Both the position numbers and the translations under genes were made by a program. A model generated the notes under the pieces. The model did no database searches. It worked only from the letters and a program-made list of their open reading frames with translations, and was not told the DNA's origin. 64,000 bases of DNA from Negaprion brevirostris (taxonomy: Eukaryota): positions 91,759,905 to 91,823,904 of the forward strand of contig JARDVH010000132.1 of the NCBI GenBank assembly GCA_030324005.1, in the 5' to 3' direction. Each line of letters opens with the position of its first letter. The stretch's first letter is position 1. Below are positions 1 to 13,255 of this stretch, piece after piece.

Positions 1-356
1 CTGACTTCTTTCGGATTAGATCATGATTGCTTTAAGTTAAAGACTATTTTTATGTGGTCCTTAAGCTACCTGCTATGTTTTTGGACCTCAGCACATAAAT
101 AAAGAATGCAAAATCAGTTTACTGGCTATAGATGCACAAGTCACTTACTAGAAACCTGAGTGTTTGTTACATTTATATCTGATGTAATTCATTCCTGAAA
201 ACTCATCCTGTTCCTATGTATGATTGTCATTCTTTTCAGGTTAGTTTATTCTGCTCTATTTTAGATCATACTGGGTCATGCATTATATGTCTCGGCCAAG
301 GTGATTGAAAAGCAAGTCATCTCCTCTCAGGCTTTTGACATTTTGGAGCAAAGTAG

Positions 357-835
357 CAACTTGCATTTATGTAGTACCTTTAACATAGTAAAACATCTAA
401 GGAAATTCACAGGAGTGTCATTAGACATAATTTGAAACAAATTAGATATTAGAACAGGCAACCAAAAGCTTGCTCCAAGAGGTAGGTGTTAAGGAGGAAT
501 TTAAGGAGGAAAGAAAGATCAAGAGGCAGAGAGGTTTAGGGAAGGAATTCCAGAGTTAGAGCTTTTGCCATCATTGGGGCTCAAAATATACCAATAATGT
601 GCAAGAGGCCAAAAGTGGAGGAGCATATAGATCTGGGAGAGTTGTAAAAATGTGGGGTGCTGCTGTGATAGGGCAGGATAAGGCCATGGAAGGATTTGAA
701 AAAGGATGAGAATTTTGAAAGTGAGGGTTTGCTGGGTCAACAACGAATGCAGGTCAGCGACTACAGGGGTGATGGGTGATTACGACGTGGTGCAAGTTAG
801 GATATGGGCAGCAGAGATTTGGAAAGCAGAGCAAG
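357..835 (-). mobile_element. L2-type LINE 3' fragment
   Basis: Starts aacttgcatttatgtagtaccttt (reverse complement of an L2-type 3' end); similar to 34229-35470 and to the reverse complement of 47593-47860. Confidence 0.7.
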
Positions 836-898
836 CTGCTAGAAGATGTTACCCATTAAAACCTTTTTCATTGATTAAACTCTTTGAGAAAGTACCTG

Positions 899-1924
899 GG
901 GAGGTAATTCTCCCAAACGCTATGCTGCTCGAACAGTGCAATGAGCCAGGAGACATCAGCAGAGGCTGATTAGTGGGCTCCCCACTGAGCGCCACAGCCT
1001 CTGCGCATCTCCGGGGAGAGGACTTCTGGAGTCATCAGTTCTGTGCTGGAAATCGGTGTGGAACTGATTTAAATATTAAAATCCAGTTTCAAATATCATT
1101 ATTGGGCCTGGGACTGAAGATTCTAGGCCTCCTAGTGCCTCTTCCCTGCCAGGGATGGTTCACTCCAGCGGGGTTTATAACAGCTCCCCACAAATGGGGA
1201 ACCGGGGGCCAACCTCGCTGGAGGCAAGGGGGGCCATGGAGGCCCCCCCAGGATGTCAGGGGTAAGAGGGTGCCCCCTGGGCATTACCAGCCTGGCATTG
1301 CCAACCTGGCCCCCTGGCACAAGGGGGGAAGTGGCATTGCACAGGGGGCACCTTGGCACTGCCCACCAAGCATGAGGCAGTGCCAAGAGGGTGGTGTCAG
1401 AGGGGGCGGGACCTATTTGGGGAAGGCTTAGTGGGGGAATTGATGAGGGTGGAATTCTGCTGTCACTCTGCATTGGGATCTGTGGCAGAAAGGAGACAGC
1501 AATAGGCTGGCCATTGGGGTGGAGGGGTTGGGGCTGACAGGGTGGAGACTGCCAGAGGGAGTAGGTTTGGGGCTGCTGGAGCCGGGGAGGGAGGGTTGGG
1601 ACTGCTGGGTNNNNNNNNNNGAGGCCAGCGATAAGGGGTGTGGGGGGTTGGAAGGGCAGCGGTGAAGGTTGCAGGGCTGGTCTGCATTCGAGCTGGCCAG
1701 TGATCAAGAGTCCGCTGTGTGGGGCCACTGTGCATGTGCCAATCTCCATGCTGACAAATGGGTGCATGCACAGCGGCACCGCACTGTGCTATGTTGCCAA
1801 ACTCTCCCTGAGGCCCTCTGTGATGCACGGAGTGTGGGAAAATCTCACTAAAAAACCAACGGAAGTTACTCCCATCTTTACTCGAATTCAGCACTTAGAA
1901 TTTTTTTAGGGCGAATTGCCCCCC
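899..1924. mobile_element. Non-autonomous PIF/Harbinger-like DNA transposon
   Basis: TIR-like ends gggaggtaattctccc / gggcgaattgcccccc (13/16); internal and terminal similarity to 4435-5835 and to the left end of 48388-52652. Confidence 0.65.
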
Positions 1925-2164
1925 TGACTTCCATACTCTCCAGATGGTATAACTAAGATCAGAAATGTTACAAATGATGGACTACAATTTATATCCTTCC
2001 ATATTGTGAATGCAATGGGGCTATTACCCCACATTATAAAAACTTGTTGCTTCTTTACACCATTTCTTTTCATCTACAAAGTGCCATTCAGTTGAGTATT
2101 TAAGAAGTGGAATATAGGGATTGCTGACATGGTGCTGATACCTTCATGGAGCTAAACAAACAAT

Positions 2165-3393
2165 GGGGGCAATCTTATCAGAACTTGGCAAAGTGTCGTC
2201 TCCAGTGGGAAAATTGGAATGAATCCCCACCAATGGCTCTGGTGTAATTTCAGAGCAAATCTTGAGTCTCATTGACAAGAATCACCATCGGCCAGCCTTG
2301 CTCTGATTCACCCACCATTTCTGAGCTTAATCGTGCCAATCGCTGGGGAGCTCCATATAACCAGCTCCCCAGCATTTGTTCCATAATGACTGTAGCCAGG
2401 AAGCCTGCAAGGAGCCTTGGAAGGAACCTTCACCACCCTTCTCAATGGAGTGCAGCAGACACTCTATCCCTGCTGCAGGAGAAGGCCCCCCACCCTTTCG
2501 CACACCCCTCCCACCTCACTCTTCGAGGTCTTCAGTGCTGTGCAGTTAAGCAGCCTGGCACGAGAGCAATCAGTGCCCTCTCATTGCTGGACCTAATAAT
2601 CAGAGTTCACAGAGAAGTGGCGTTAAACTTAAACTGTCCAGTAATCTCCTCTGGCTCCACACCATTGACAGAGTGAGGGTTATAGGTTTCACAGCATTCG
2701 TCCTTAGCCAAGTGAGAGGGTCTTGATGCCTCATGAGGCAGGGTAGCTCCCCCTCATTAATACCCCAATGCTGCCCTTGCAACCTGGCCCCTCCCAAAGC
2801 AGGACTCCTGGACTCACAGTAGCATCGAGTACTGCCTCTCTGTTGTGGCCATCTCCTATCCAGTTTGCAACACCAATAAGGAAGTGCATGCCCTCAGTGA
2901 CTGTTTGAACATTAACCCCACATTAACCGGGAAGCAATGCCTGCTTGGTCACCAGCACATCCTCTTGGAACAAGGGGCAACCTGATACGAAGGGAAGGTA
3001 AAGCACCTGAGTGACCCACCCACACTCCCCACCAACAACCAATGGCAACAGTAACCCTCAATTTCCGCTCTGCACTTGTGTGTGTCCCCTAGAGTGTTGC
3101 ACTGCCCGGAAGTAATGCCCGCCTGAGCAATCACCGCTGAAACCAGCTTTGGGCTTCTGAATATCCAGTGTGACCTCAATATCTGGCGTGAGTTCTCACT
3201 TATGTTATACTGAGGCATTAAAATTAGGTTTGGGCCCTTTCCCAGTGTGTCCCACATCACTCTGTCGGTGAGATAAGTTCAAAATCGGAAAATGCTAACT
3301 CACCGGCAAGAATCACATTTTCCCGAACTCTCAGCATTTTGAGCCTGTCCTGCCATTCCCGCAGACAGTGAACACAAGCTCAAGATCTCACCC
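2165..3393 (+). mobile_element. Harbinger-like element with Myb/SANT ORF remnant
   Basis: Ends gggggcaatctta / tcaagatctcaccc; frameshifted MTVARKPA..EGTFTTLLNGVQQTLYP near 2390-2480 resembles a Harbinger Myb-like N-terminus. Confidence 0.55.
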
Positions 3394-4434
3394 GGTGTTG
3401 GCAATGCAACAGTTATAGTATGATTGTATATTGCGCTTAGTAAAACATGTATTACGTTTGGAGTCTTTATACGAAAACTTTACAATGGACTGTTGTATAT
3501 TAGAATGACAGCACAAGGTTCACAATGTTTGCACGTTATTCCTAAGGTAATACAGAACCTGATATCTATACAATAAGGTATAAAAAGTCTAAACAAATGT
3601 TGCATTCATTGGAGCTTGAGAATGACACCAATTCATTGGGACACCTGCAGTGAGTGAACAGAATGTCTTCAATGACCTACTCCAGTAATGGATTATATTT
3701 CTTAGCTACAAATTTTAAATGAGAGATTTTCACGTCAGAAAATATGACCTTCCACCAATTAATGGTAAATTATGAGAAGGATGAAGCTTGCTGAAGGACA
3801 TACCATAAACATCAGTGTATAACTTGCATCTTTGTGTAAGGCAAATCCCTGTTTTGCAGCCACTGTTTTGCTCTAAGGAGTAATTTGGCAGACTGGTCAC
3901 TCTGCTATAACTATGGACTGAAATTTATAAATATGTCACATGAAATTTTGTAGTTACATTTATGTGGTAGAAACAGAAATTACAGTCAACTTTTCTAAAG
4001 CTCACTATCTTATTAAATTGAGATATTACATTGCTGTCCGTTTGATAGGTTTAAATATAATGAAGCAGGATTGCAGGAAACGATACAGGAAGTGTTACAG
4101 AAAGTGTGTGAATGCCAACATTGTATGAAGCTTTTTATTACTAGCATTGAGCTGTTCTCAGTAGGTTGAAGGAAACATTATCTTAACAATAGGAATGTTA
4201 TAGTGAATTATCAAGGGAATTTATTTATTAAAAGCCAGTGCTGGGAATTCAATTTCTAGCCACTACAATTGGGATGATCCGTAACCAAATTAAACTAATC
4301 TGAAAATGAGGAAATGATAATATCAACACTAACTGGTGCATTCTCCATGGCAATGCCTCTACCAGAGTCCACTTTCCAAACAAGCAGCAGTTTCTTCTCA
4401 TGCAGTATAAAATTAATTTTTTAATGCAGCAGAC

Positions 4435-5835
4435 GGGGAGAATCTTGCGGTGGGCGATACGCAGGTTTCGTGCATGTGTCACTGTCGGCCACTGCTGGAT
4501 TTCCAGCGGTATCTGCTCCATGCCGGAAATCAGCAGGGAGGCGTGTAAGTAATTTAAATATTACTTTAAATGTGATTTTAAGGTGGTACAGTGGCGCAGT
4601 TGCTAACACTGCTGCCTCACAGTGCCAGGGACCCAGGCTCGATTCCTGGCCTGGATCACTGTCTGTGCGGAGTCTGCACATTCTCCTCGGTCCTGCGTGG
4701 GTTTCCTCGAGCTGCTCTGGTTTCCTTCCACAGCCCGAAAGACGTGCTGGTTAGATGCATTGGCCATGCTAAATTCTTCCTCAGTGTACCTGANNNNNNN
4801 NNNNNNNNNNNNNNNNNNNNNNNNNNNNNNNNNNNNNNNNNNNNNNATTGCGCTGTTAATGTAAGCCTACTTGTGACACTAATAAATAAACTTCAAACTT
4901 TAAGTATGATTAATGGGCCCGGGACGTAAAGTCTCTGGGTCCACTAACCTCTCTCCCACTCCCCCATCCCTTCCCCCTCCAGCCAGGAGTATTTTACCCT
5001 AGCAGGTTTTACAATAGATCCTCACTAACAGGGACCCTGCTGGAGTGAAGGGACGGACAATTGGGGCCCCCCAGATGGTCAGACAGTGGGGTGGGGGGTG
5101 CCCCTGGGCATTGAGACCTCAGCCTGTGCCCCTGGCACAGCCTGAGGCACAGTGCCAATGCTCAGGGGATACCTTGGCACTGCTTATTGGGCATGGGGCA
5201 GTGCCAAGGGGGCACTTGGGGACAGGACCTAGGAGAGGAGCCTGATGGGATGAGGTCTAGGGAGTGATCAGTAGGGGTGAGGGGTCCTGTTGCCACCCTG
5301 CATAGGGATTGGTGGGGGAAGGAGGGAGGCCAGCAATCATGGATAGCTGGGGGACAGTCTGCTGAAGAAAGTGTGGGGGTCAGCCTGCGGNNNNNNNNNN
5401 NNNNNNNNNNNNNNNNNNNNNNNNNNNNNNNNNNNNNNNNNNNNNNNNNNNNNNNNNNNNNNNNNNNNNNNNNNNNNNNNNNNNNNNNNNNNNNNNNNNN
5501 NNNNNNNNNNNNNNNNNNNNNNNNNNNNNNNNNNNNNNNNNNNNNNNNNNNNNNNNNNNNNNNNNNNNNNNNNNNNNNNNNNNNNNNNNNNNNNNNNNNN
5601 NNNNNNNNNNNNNNNNNNNNNNNNNCATTATCCATACTTTTGGGTGGCACGGCCTTGATTTCAGCCTCTCCAGTGGGAATAGGCCCCACCCCCTAGTTCT
5701 AAATGCCATTCAGACTGGTGACCTCTGCAGTGCATAGAGTGTGGGACATTCTTCCTGAACCCCCACTGAAAAAACCAACGTGAATTACTCCAGTTTTCAC
5801 ATGAATACAACAAGATCTTTGGAAGAATTCCAGCC
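4435..5835. mobile_element. Non-autonomous Harbinger-like element (same family as 899-1924), interrupted by a SINE
   Basis: Shared blocks gggcc(c/t)gggac, gagtgtggga, aaaaaaccaacg...ttactcc; right end gaagaattccagcc. Confidence 0.6.
4582..4893 (+). mobile_element. tRNA-derived V-SINE (HE1-related)
   Basis: tRNA-like head (tggcgcagttgctaa...ggctcgattcc), V-domain gcgtgggtttcctcgagctgctctggtttccttccaca, tail ttgtgacactaataaataaactt; tttaag on both sides. Confidence 0.85.
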
Positions 5836-6016
5836 AATGTTTCCCCTGCCATTGTTGACATTGAAGTTTTTGTGATTGTCCTGATGAGTTGAAGATGAAA
5901 GGTTTCAACAAAATGCCTTCTTCAGCAATACCCGAATTCTATATGTCCAAATGACTATTTGTATGCCAAAGACTGTGGTACAACAAAGACTAAATTCAGG
6001 ATATCAACAACATAGT

Positions 6017-6340
6017 TTTTTTATTCATTCGTGGGACTTGGGCGTCACTGGTTGGCCACCATGTATTGCCCATCCCTAGTTGCCTAAGACAATCAACCAC
6101 GTTGCTGTGGTTCCAGAGTCCTATGTAGGCAGAATTCCTTCCCTAAAGGACATAAGTGGACTAGTGGGTTTTTTTTGACAATCGACAATGGTTTCACGGT
6201 CATCAGTAGATTCCTAATTCCAGATTTTTTACTGAATTCAGATTCCACCATCCATCATGGCAGGATTCAAACATGAATCTCCAGAGCTTTGGCTGAGTTT
6301 CTGGATTAATAATCTAGCAATAACACCACTAGGCCATCTC
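6017..6340 (-). mobile_element. tRNA-derived SINE (second family)
   Basis: tRNA-like head near 6260-6340 and A-rich tail at 6017; homologous + strand copy at 14230-14582. Confidence 0.75.
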
Positions 6341-6467
6341 CTCCTCTGTTTTTAAAATTTTTAATTCAACTTAGAGGTAAGTTAAGAACAAGTAAGTTAT
6401 CTATCCAATTTCTCCAAGAGTGTGTTAAATCCAAGGTTGTGCCCGTTGCCATTTCCAAAACTTTAAA

Positions 6468-6603
6468 ATTTAGTTTATTTTTATTATCGTCACAAGTAGG
6501 CTTACGTTAACGCTGCAATAAAGTTACTGTGAAAATCCCCTAATCGCCATACTCCGGCGTCTGTTCATGTACAGTGAGGGAGAACTTAGCATGGCCAACT
6601 GCA
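6468..6603 (-). mobile_element. 5'-truncated V-SINE 3' end
   Basis: gtcacaagtaggcttac...ttagcatggccaa is the reverse complement of the 3' part of 4582-4893. Confidence 0.8.
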
Positions 6604-8285
6604 GAACCATCCAAAGTTAATGACTTATATCGCTTTGTCAGATGGTTCCCAGCCCAGCACAATTGTCCAGGGGAAGTCAACCCCTCTGGACAACTGCCAG
6701 GTAAACCCTTACATTGAAATTTCCAAAAGGGTTTCCCCAGCACCTCGTGGGGGAACTAGGATGTTATGGCTGATATTTTTTCAAAATGGATTGATGATAA
6801 GATTTTTTAGAAGATGTTTTTGTTACACTTTTTAAATCTTACTAAATGATGTATGCTTTAAGAATAAAGCAACTTGTAATATTTTGGGCAAAATTGACTA
6901 GATGAGACAATTAATAGAAAAAAATGTAGGTCTAATTGCTGATAATTTTACAATCTGCTCTCTGTTGGCAGTGGTGTGAGGGCCTAAAGGTGTTGAGAGC
7001 ACACAGCATTCTACACAGCATTAATCTTAGTTGTCAGAAGTAGGAGCAGGCAGCTGGGGTTGGGAGAGATGAGCTATGGCAATGCTCCTAGGTGTATAGG
7101 AGCAATACTTAAAAAGACAATTAATCAACCAGTAATTCTTCCAATTACCTGATTCAAAATTAAAAGCAATACTTCAACTGTCCATTAATTAAGTAGCAAT
7201 CATCCTAGTTATCTGACCATAAATACATAAACATTTTAAAATATTTATTCAAAAATAATGGGCAGTAATTATACAATTTATCTCAAAGGCTAAGATAATT
7301 ATTTGTAATTTTGCCCTGTGTCATTAAAACCAAACAACAACTGCACTGTGTACCTTTAATGCGTTTCCATTACCTGAAGACAGCGCCATCAGCTAACACT
7401 GGTGCATGATGCCCTCCTGACATTTTGGAGCATCAAGTGCAGCATAAAATACATCTTACATATGTGAGGCACCTCAGTTTTTAATCTTACACTTTACAAA
7501 AGACTGGATGTGACACTGCAATTATAAGCAGATCCTTTCTACTTGATTAAAATAGATGGGGGAAAACAACATTTATTCTATAATCGATAACTTTAATGTC
7601 ACTGAAGACTTTTGTGTTATCTTAACACAATAAAAATAACAAGTGTTAATCTACTCCAGTAAAATTACACCTGGTCACTCATGTTGATTTAATTGGCTTT
7701 GAATTATTAAAGTTTCATGCTTCTGAAACCCACTCCAGCACATCACCAGCCTCAGCTCACATCCAAACTATCCTTTAACAGTGACAGTATTTCAAACTGT
7801 GCTGTTGTTATATTGATTTTGGCAGAGAAGCTTTTCCATGCATATGTGTAATGACCAAAAATGATTACTGACTTCAGACCACACAGGTTAACAACATTTT
7901 CACGTGCCTTAATCCCAGAGCCCAAATCAGCTTCGTGCCTTTAATGGATGTAGGCATAAATTGTCTACAGGCATATTCGCTTTGAGTGGTCAGTCCTACC
8001 TTGAATACTTCTTGATCTAGAAGCCAAAATTACTACATGGACCAGGAAAGTCACAAAGATATTTGAATTTGACAATCTGTTAAGATTTTTAAAGTAAAAC
8101 TTCATTGAAAAAGTCTTTGATAATGATTACTCGCTAAACTTCTATCCATCAAAGTTTTGCATTCTATGTTCTTGTTTATTCACAAGAATATATTTCTCAA
8201 GCATTTGTACATTATAAATTGATTAGATTGTGGTCATGAATAGGAAAATGGGTTAACATGAAGAAATAAAATAGACTGATACTCT

Positions 8286-8903
8286 GGGCAGAATTTTCTG
8301 AAATAAATAGCGGTGTTATCACAGGTGCGAAACTTGGTGTGATTCCAGTGGCAGGGCTGGCTTCTCAGAGATCGGGGTGCATTTTTAAATGTCACCCTGA
8401 ACTCACATCAATGTTAAAGACACCCCCATCGGCAGCATCATTGCCCCCACCAAACACCCTCCCCCCATACACACACATGCACCCCATTCCAAATGAGCCA
8501 ACACCTGCAATGAGTTTGTAGATAGGTACTGCGCCTTCATGCCCCCCCCTTCCCACCTTCAGGTTCCATCTGCTTCATGCCCCATTCCTACTCAGCCATG
8601 TCCCTGGCCAACTGGGAACTACATTGGCCTTCGATCCCCTGGTGTGGTCATCACATCTGGTCTCTGTTTTTGGAGACCAGGAGTGATTCTTGTTGGCATT
8701 ACATCATTTGGGAATATCTGACATTCCCCAGTTTTGAATGTCTAAGTATATTTAAATGTGTGACAATCATGTCACCAGCCGGAGGCGGGAAAGATCTCAT
8801 TCTGAAATCTCACTACCATAAATGCCATTATGGCCCTCTTACAAGAAGTTCCGAGCAATAAAAGGATTTGTGCATGTGTCACATGGAGCCAGAGAACAGC
8901 CCC
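8286..8903. mobile_element. Harbinger-like non-autonomous element
   Basis: Ends gggcagaattttct / agagaacagcccc; GC-rich interior in AT-rich context. Confidence 0.45.
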
Positions 8904-8951
8904 TATGTATTATAATATTATAATTCTCTTCTCTTCCTTTTTTTTCTGTTC

Positions 8952-9172
8952 TCTCTAGCTCAGTTGGTTGGACAGCTGGTTAGTGATACAGAACAACTCC
9001 AACAATGCAGGTTCCATTCCCGTACAGGCTGAGGTTATCAATGGAAGCCCTGCCTTCTCAATCTTTCCCCTCCCTGTGGTGACTCTCAGGTCAAATCACA
9101 ACCAGTCAGCTCTCCCCTTCAAAGCAGAGTAGCCAATGGTCATCTGGGACTATGGTGATTTTATCTTTTATC
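8952..9172 (+). mobile_element. tRNA-derived SINE (third family)
   Basis: A box tagctcagttgg, B box ggttccattcc; related fragment at about 21250-21320. Confidence 0.7.
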
Positions 9173-10509
9173 TTACTTGTAATAAAGGCTATATATTGTT
9201 GTACAGTTTTAAACGATTGGGTGAGTGACATTTGGTACTCAAGAATATTTTGTTCTCTACACTTCATTTTTACAGCATAAACGAGATAGCCACAAGAATT
9301 GTATGTTGAATTTATGATGTAAGCACAGAACCATCTTCGTACAACTGACCAAATAAATGTTCAATATTTTATAAATAATCATCCTGGATCATGCTACATT
9401 TAAGTTAATGCTGTTTGATTACTAATAAGGTGTAAGGTGGCTGAACAATTTCATTCATTTCCAACCTTATCAAGAGGCTGTGGACAGATCCTAGGTGAAA
9501 TAAAATAAAAGACATATTGTGGGAAGAATATAAGATAGAAAGAATTAAATGCAAACTGAAAGGAAACATTATTAAAATGATTTCTGGACTATCAACTGTG
9601 GATCAACTTCAGAAACAAAGTCTGTTGGATTAATGCACTGATATTGCAGACGATTTTTGCTTGTGGCCCCTGGAAGATCTATCAAAGTAAAACACTTCTG
9701 GAAACCTATTTCTGATATAAATGCCGTTGTTTAAATTGGCAGGTAAGAATTGCATTTGGCAGCTGATAACAGGTTCTGGCTTGAAAGATTTAGCAAGGTT
9801 GTATCAGATAGTGTTTGATGTATAAGAGCAAGTGACATTTATACAGACATGCTTCCATAGCAGCAACTGGATATTAGATATCACAATTACTTAAAAGGTA
9901 ACCATAACTACACATATGCACTTGATTTTTATTATATAAAAATACAATCAGCAGATGAATCACAGGAAAAAAGGATAGTAAGTTAAAGAGTTTTTTTTAA
10001 AGTGTACAGTTAGAAATAAAATTCAATGACAGATGAAGCAACAGAAAGAACAAACTATCTGTTACTCTGTCAAGTTTATGTTCTAATGTCAATCAAATCA
10101 CCTACACTGGGGTACAGCAAGCACTTTGAAAAGTGAGCTAACTGGTATAGATGCCTTCAAGCTCACTAAGAACAGAAGCTATTTTATGAAATGCTGGTGT
10201 CAGGTATCATTTATGGTTATATCACTATGCTGAGTACCATCACAGCTGCAAAGATTGTAGAGCTGATTCCAGACAGCTGCTCCAGGGGCCTGACATTCTT
10301 CCCTCCAGAGGTTAGCTGCACTTACAAGGGCCTTGTCCTCAAATTAGGTTTCCCTCAATTGTATTTTGTTAAAAATTTTCACCAAATATTACACTGGCAA
10401 CAACCAGATTAATAAACATTTCAATACTTAACATGGTTGATCAGCAACTTGAGAGGTTGTTACAGGTGATTGGCTAATACTCTTCTATGTTTGAAACATA
10501 ATAAATAGT

Positions 10510-10650
10510 CTTAGAGTCATGGAATGCTTCTTCACAGAGGGTGGCCATTTGGCCCTTCATGCCTGTGTTGGCTCTTTGAAAGAGCTATCCAGTCAGTCAC
10601 AGTCCACTGTGTCCTTTCCCCAAAGCTCTGCAAACCTAACCCCTTCTTAG
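10510..10650 (-). mobile_element. CR1 3'-end fragment
   Basis: ggccatttggcccttcatgcctgtg motif shared with other CR1 3' ends in the window. Confidence 0.5.
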
Positions 10651-11606
10651 AATTCAAACATGTCTGTGTGATGTTGTTAGTGGTTTATTAATTTAGGCAA
10701 AAAACAATTATGTTTCCCACTTCCTTGTCAAAAGAGGAATTAGGATAGCTCTGAAGGACTTATTTTCTGATGATTTGGTATCTTTCCTGTCAGTTCTTTA
10801 TTATCAAGAAATCAACACTCAGCTGCCTTGTTTCAATCTCACTTAAAACAGACCAGTATTTCTGTAAATTGTGATAGTTTACAAGGATGATATATTTTTT
10901 CACTAAAAGACTGATGGGCCTTAGCAATTATTATCAATAAGGTACACAAAAATTGTAAATTATACATTTGCAAAACCTAATTCTCCAACATGCACAATGT
11001 CAGTTGTCTTTCAACACTCTTGGAGTGATACTCCTCAATGTCTTTTTATTTCCATGTAAGCATATCTACAATTATATTGCAGAATGCTTGCTTCGAGGTA
11101 GTATGAAATAGATAGCATTTAACTGTGAATTGAGCAATGCATCAGCAAAAACAACTTTAAATGCAATTCCTTTTTTTTGTCATTTACAGTGTTGTGTTTT
11201 ATAATTCTAATGATTATTATTGAAAAGCAAGAGAGGCATTAATAGCATGCACCAGCATCAACTGGGAAATTAGACAGATGACCAAAACTCAATTCATACA
11301 CAATGCTCCTCGTGTGATTCTATTCAAAAGAATGGATGAATCGGATGGAGAAATAGGTGATAAAGTTGTGACTGTAAAGTTGAATTAATTTGCTTAAATG
11401 TGGATTCCATTCAATCTTTCTGCTATGCAAACAGTAATTGATTTGAATAGTTTATAAGCTTTGAAATGATATGTTTAATACAATAATTAAAGATAGAGTG
11501 CATTTACCTTATATTGAGGACATACAAGGCTGCAGTTTATGGTAATTCTGATCTTCATGCAGTTTTGTGACATTAACAAAAATGGATAAAAGATTTACTT
11601 ATTTAC

Positions 11607-11713
11607 CTGATACAGACAGTGCTTTAAAATTTGCTTTCCTGTTGCTCACAGAATTAAGAAAATACTTTAACGATTTCAGATCTTCATTTTCATTTTTGAT
11701 TGCTTGCATTCTA
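11607..11713 (-). CDS. Candidate coding exon E: RMQAIKNENEDLKSLKYFLNSVSNRKANFKALSVS, phase 2 to 1
   Basis: Tandem acceptor ttttttaaatagTAG (NAGNAG), donor CAG|gtaaat; 107 nt open frame, coiled-coil-like; needs an unlocated 0-to-2 exon to link with D. Confidence 0.55.
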
Positions 11714-11778
11714 CTATTTAAAAAAATAGCATTTGAACAATGGAGTGTGACAGTGATATTGCAATGTCTGGTCAAATG

Positions 11779-13255
11779 ATTTTTTTTCTTCTTCCATGAG
11801 CAACAATGACTAGGTTAGCAGTTGATGTCCATCGCTATTGACTCTTGAGAGGAAGGCGGTGAGCTGTCTTCTTGAACTTCTTGCAGTCCGCCTGTTGGAG
11901 ACATATCCACAGTACTGTTAGGAAGGGAGTTCCGGGTTTCTGACCAAGCAACACTGAAGGAATGACAACTTACTTCCAAGTCAGGTTGGTGTATGACTGG
12001 GAGGGGAATTTGTAGGTGGTAGTGTTCACACATAGTCTGCTGTTCTTGTCCTTCTAACTGGTACATGTTGCGGCTCTGGAAAGTCTTGTTGAAGAAGCCT
12101 TGGCACGTTGCTGTAGTGCATCTTGTAGATGGTATACGTTGCTGCTACTTTGTGCCAATTATGTAGCAGTGAATGTTTCAGGTGATGGATGTTGAGTGAA
12201 TTAAATTGGCTGCTTTGGCTTGGATGGTGTCAAGCTTCTTGAGTGCCATTGGAGTTGTAGTCATCCAAGCATGTCCAGAGTATTCAATCACACTTCTGGC
12301 TTGTGTCCTGCAGATGGTGCATAGGCTTTGGGGATTCAGGAGATGTGTTACTTGTTGCAGAATTCCCTGCTCTGACAGCTAGAATATTAATCTATATGCT
12401 CCAATTAAATACCTGGTCAGGGGTAACGGTCAGAATATTGAAAGTGATGGATTCGGAAGTGCCACTAATAATGATAATGCCGCTGAATGTCAAAACAAGG
12501 TGGTTAGATTCTTTCTTGTTGAAGATGGTCATTGTTTGGCATTTGTGTGGCACAAATGTTACTTGCCACGTATCAGCCCAAGCCTGAATGTTGTTCAGTC
12601 TTGCTGCATATGGACATGTACCTCTTCAGAATCCGAGAAATTATGAGTGGTGCTGAACTCAATGCACCAATTAGGGAACATCTCTACTTCTGACTTTACG
12701 ATGGAGGGAAGACCATTAATAAAGCAGTTGAAGATGGTTGGCCCCAGGGCACTATCCTGATGGAACTCCTGCAGAAATGTCCAATTACAATCATTTTCCT
12801 TTGTGATTGGTATGCTTCCAAACAATGGAAAGTTTTCCCCCGATTCCCATTGATTCCAGTTTTGCTAGGGTTCCTTGATGCTACAATTTGGTCAAATACT
12901 GCTTTGATGTGAAGGGCAGTGGTTCTCATTTCACCTCTTGAATTCAGCTCCTCATCCATATTGGGACCAGTAATGAGATCAGGAGCCAAATGGCACTGGT
13001 GGGTCCCATACTGAGCATAGGTGAGAAAGTTATGATAGCTCTTTAGGAGACACCTTCCGTCATTTCGCTAATGATTGAGAATAGACTGATAGGGCAGTAA
13101 TTGGCCAGATTGGATTGGTTCTTTTGTAGAAAGGAGATATTTGGGACATTGTCGGTCAAGCCAATGTTGAACTGTATTGGAATAGCTTGGCTTGGTGTGT
13201 GGCTAAGCATGGATCACAAGTCCTCAGTACTATTGCCAGGTTTTTGGCTAGGCTA
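11779..13255 (-). mobile_element. CR1-group LINE, degenerate RT and 3' end
   Basis: ORF fragments TALHIKAVFD.., HQDSALGPTIFNCFINGLPSIVKSEVEMF, WSETRNSLPNSTV; T-rich tail at 11779. Confidence 0.85.

Noticed and set aside
973-1909. Long overlapping ORFs (152-215 aa)
   Set aside because: GC-rich low-complexity interior of a non-autonomous transposon; no domain motifs
7376-7420. CTCF-like motif or small exon
   Set aside because: Only a partial CTCF match (ttagctgatggcgctg) and a weak acceptor
8952-9030. tRNA gene
   Set aside because: A/B boxes continue into a SINE body and there is no intact cloverleaf; the same applies to the heads at 4582, 20940, 33660 and 36885
9650-9742. Plus-strand exon ending CAG|gtaaga
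   Set aside because: All three frames from the nearest acceptor contain stops
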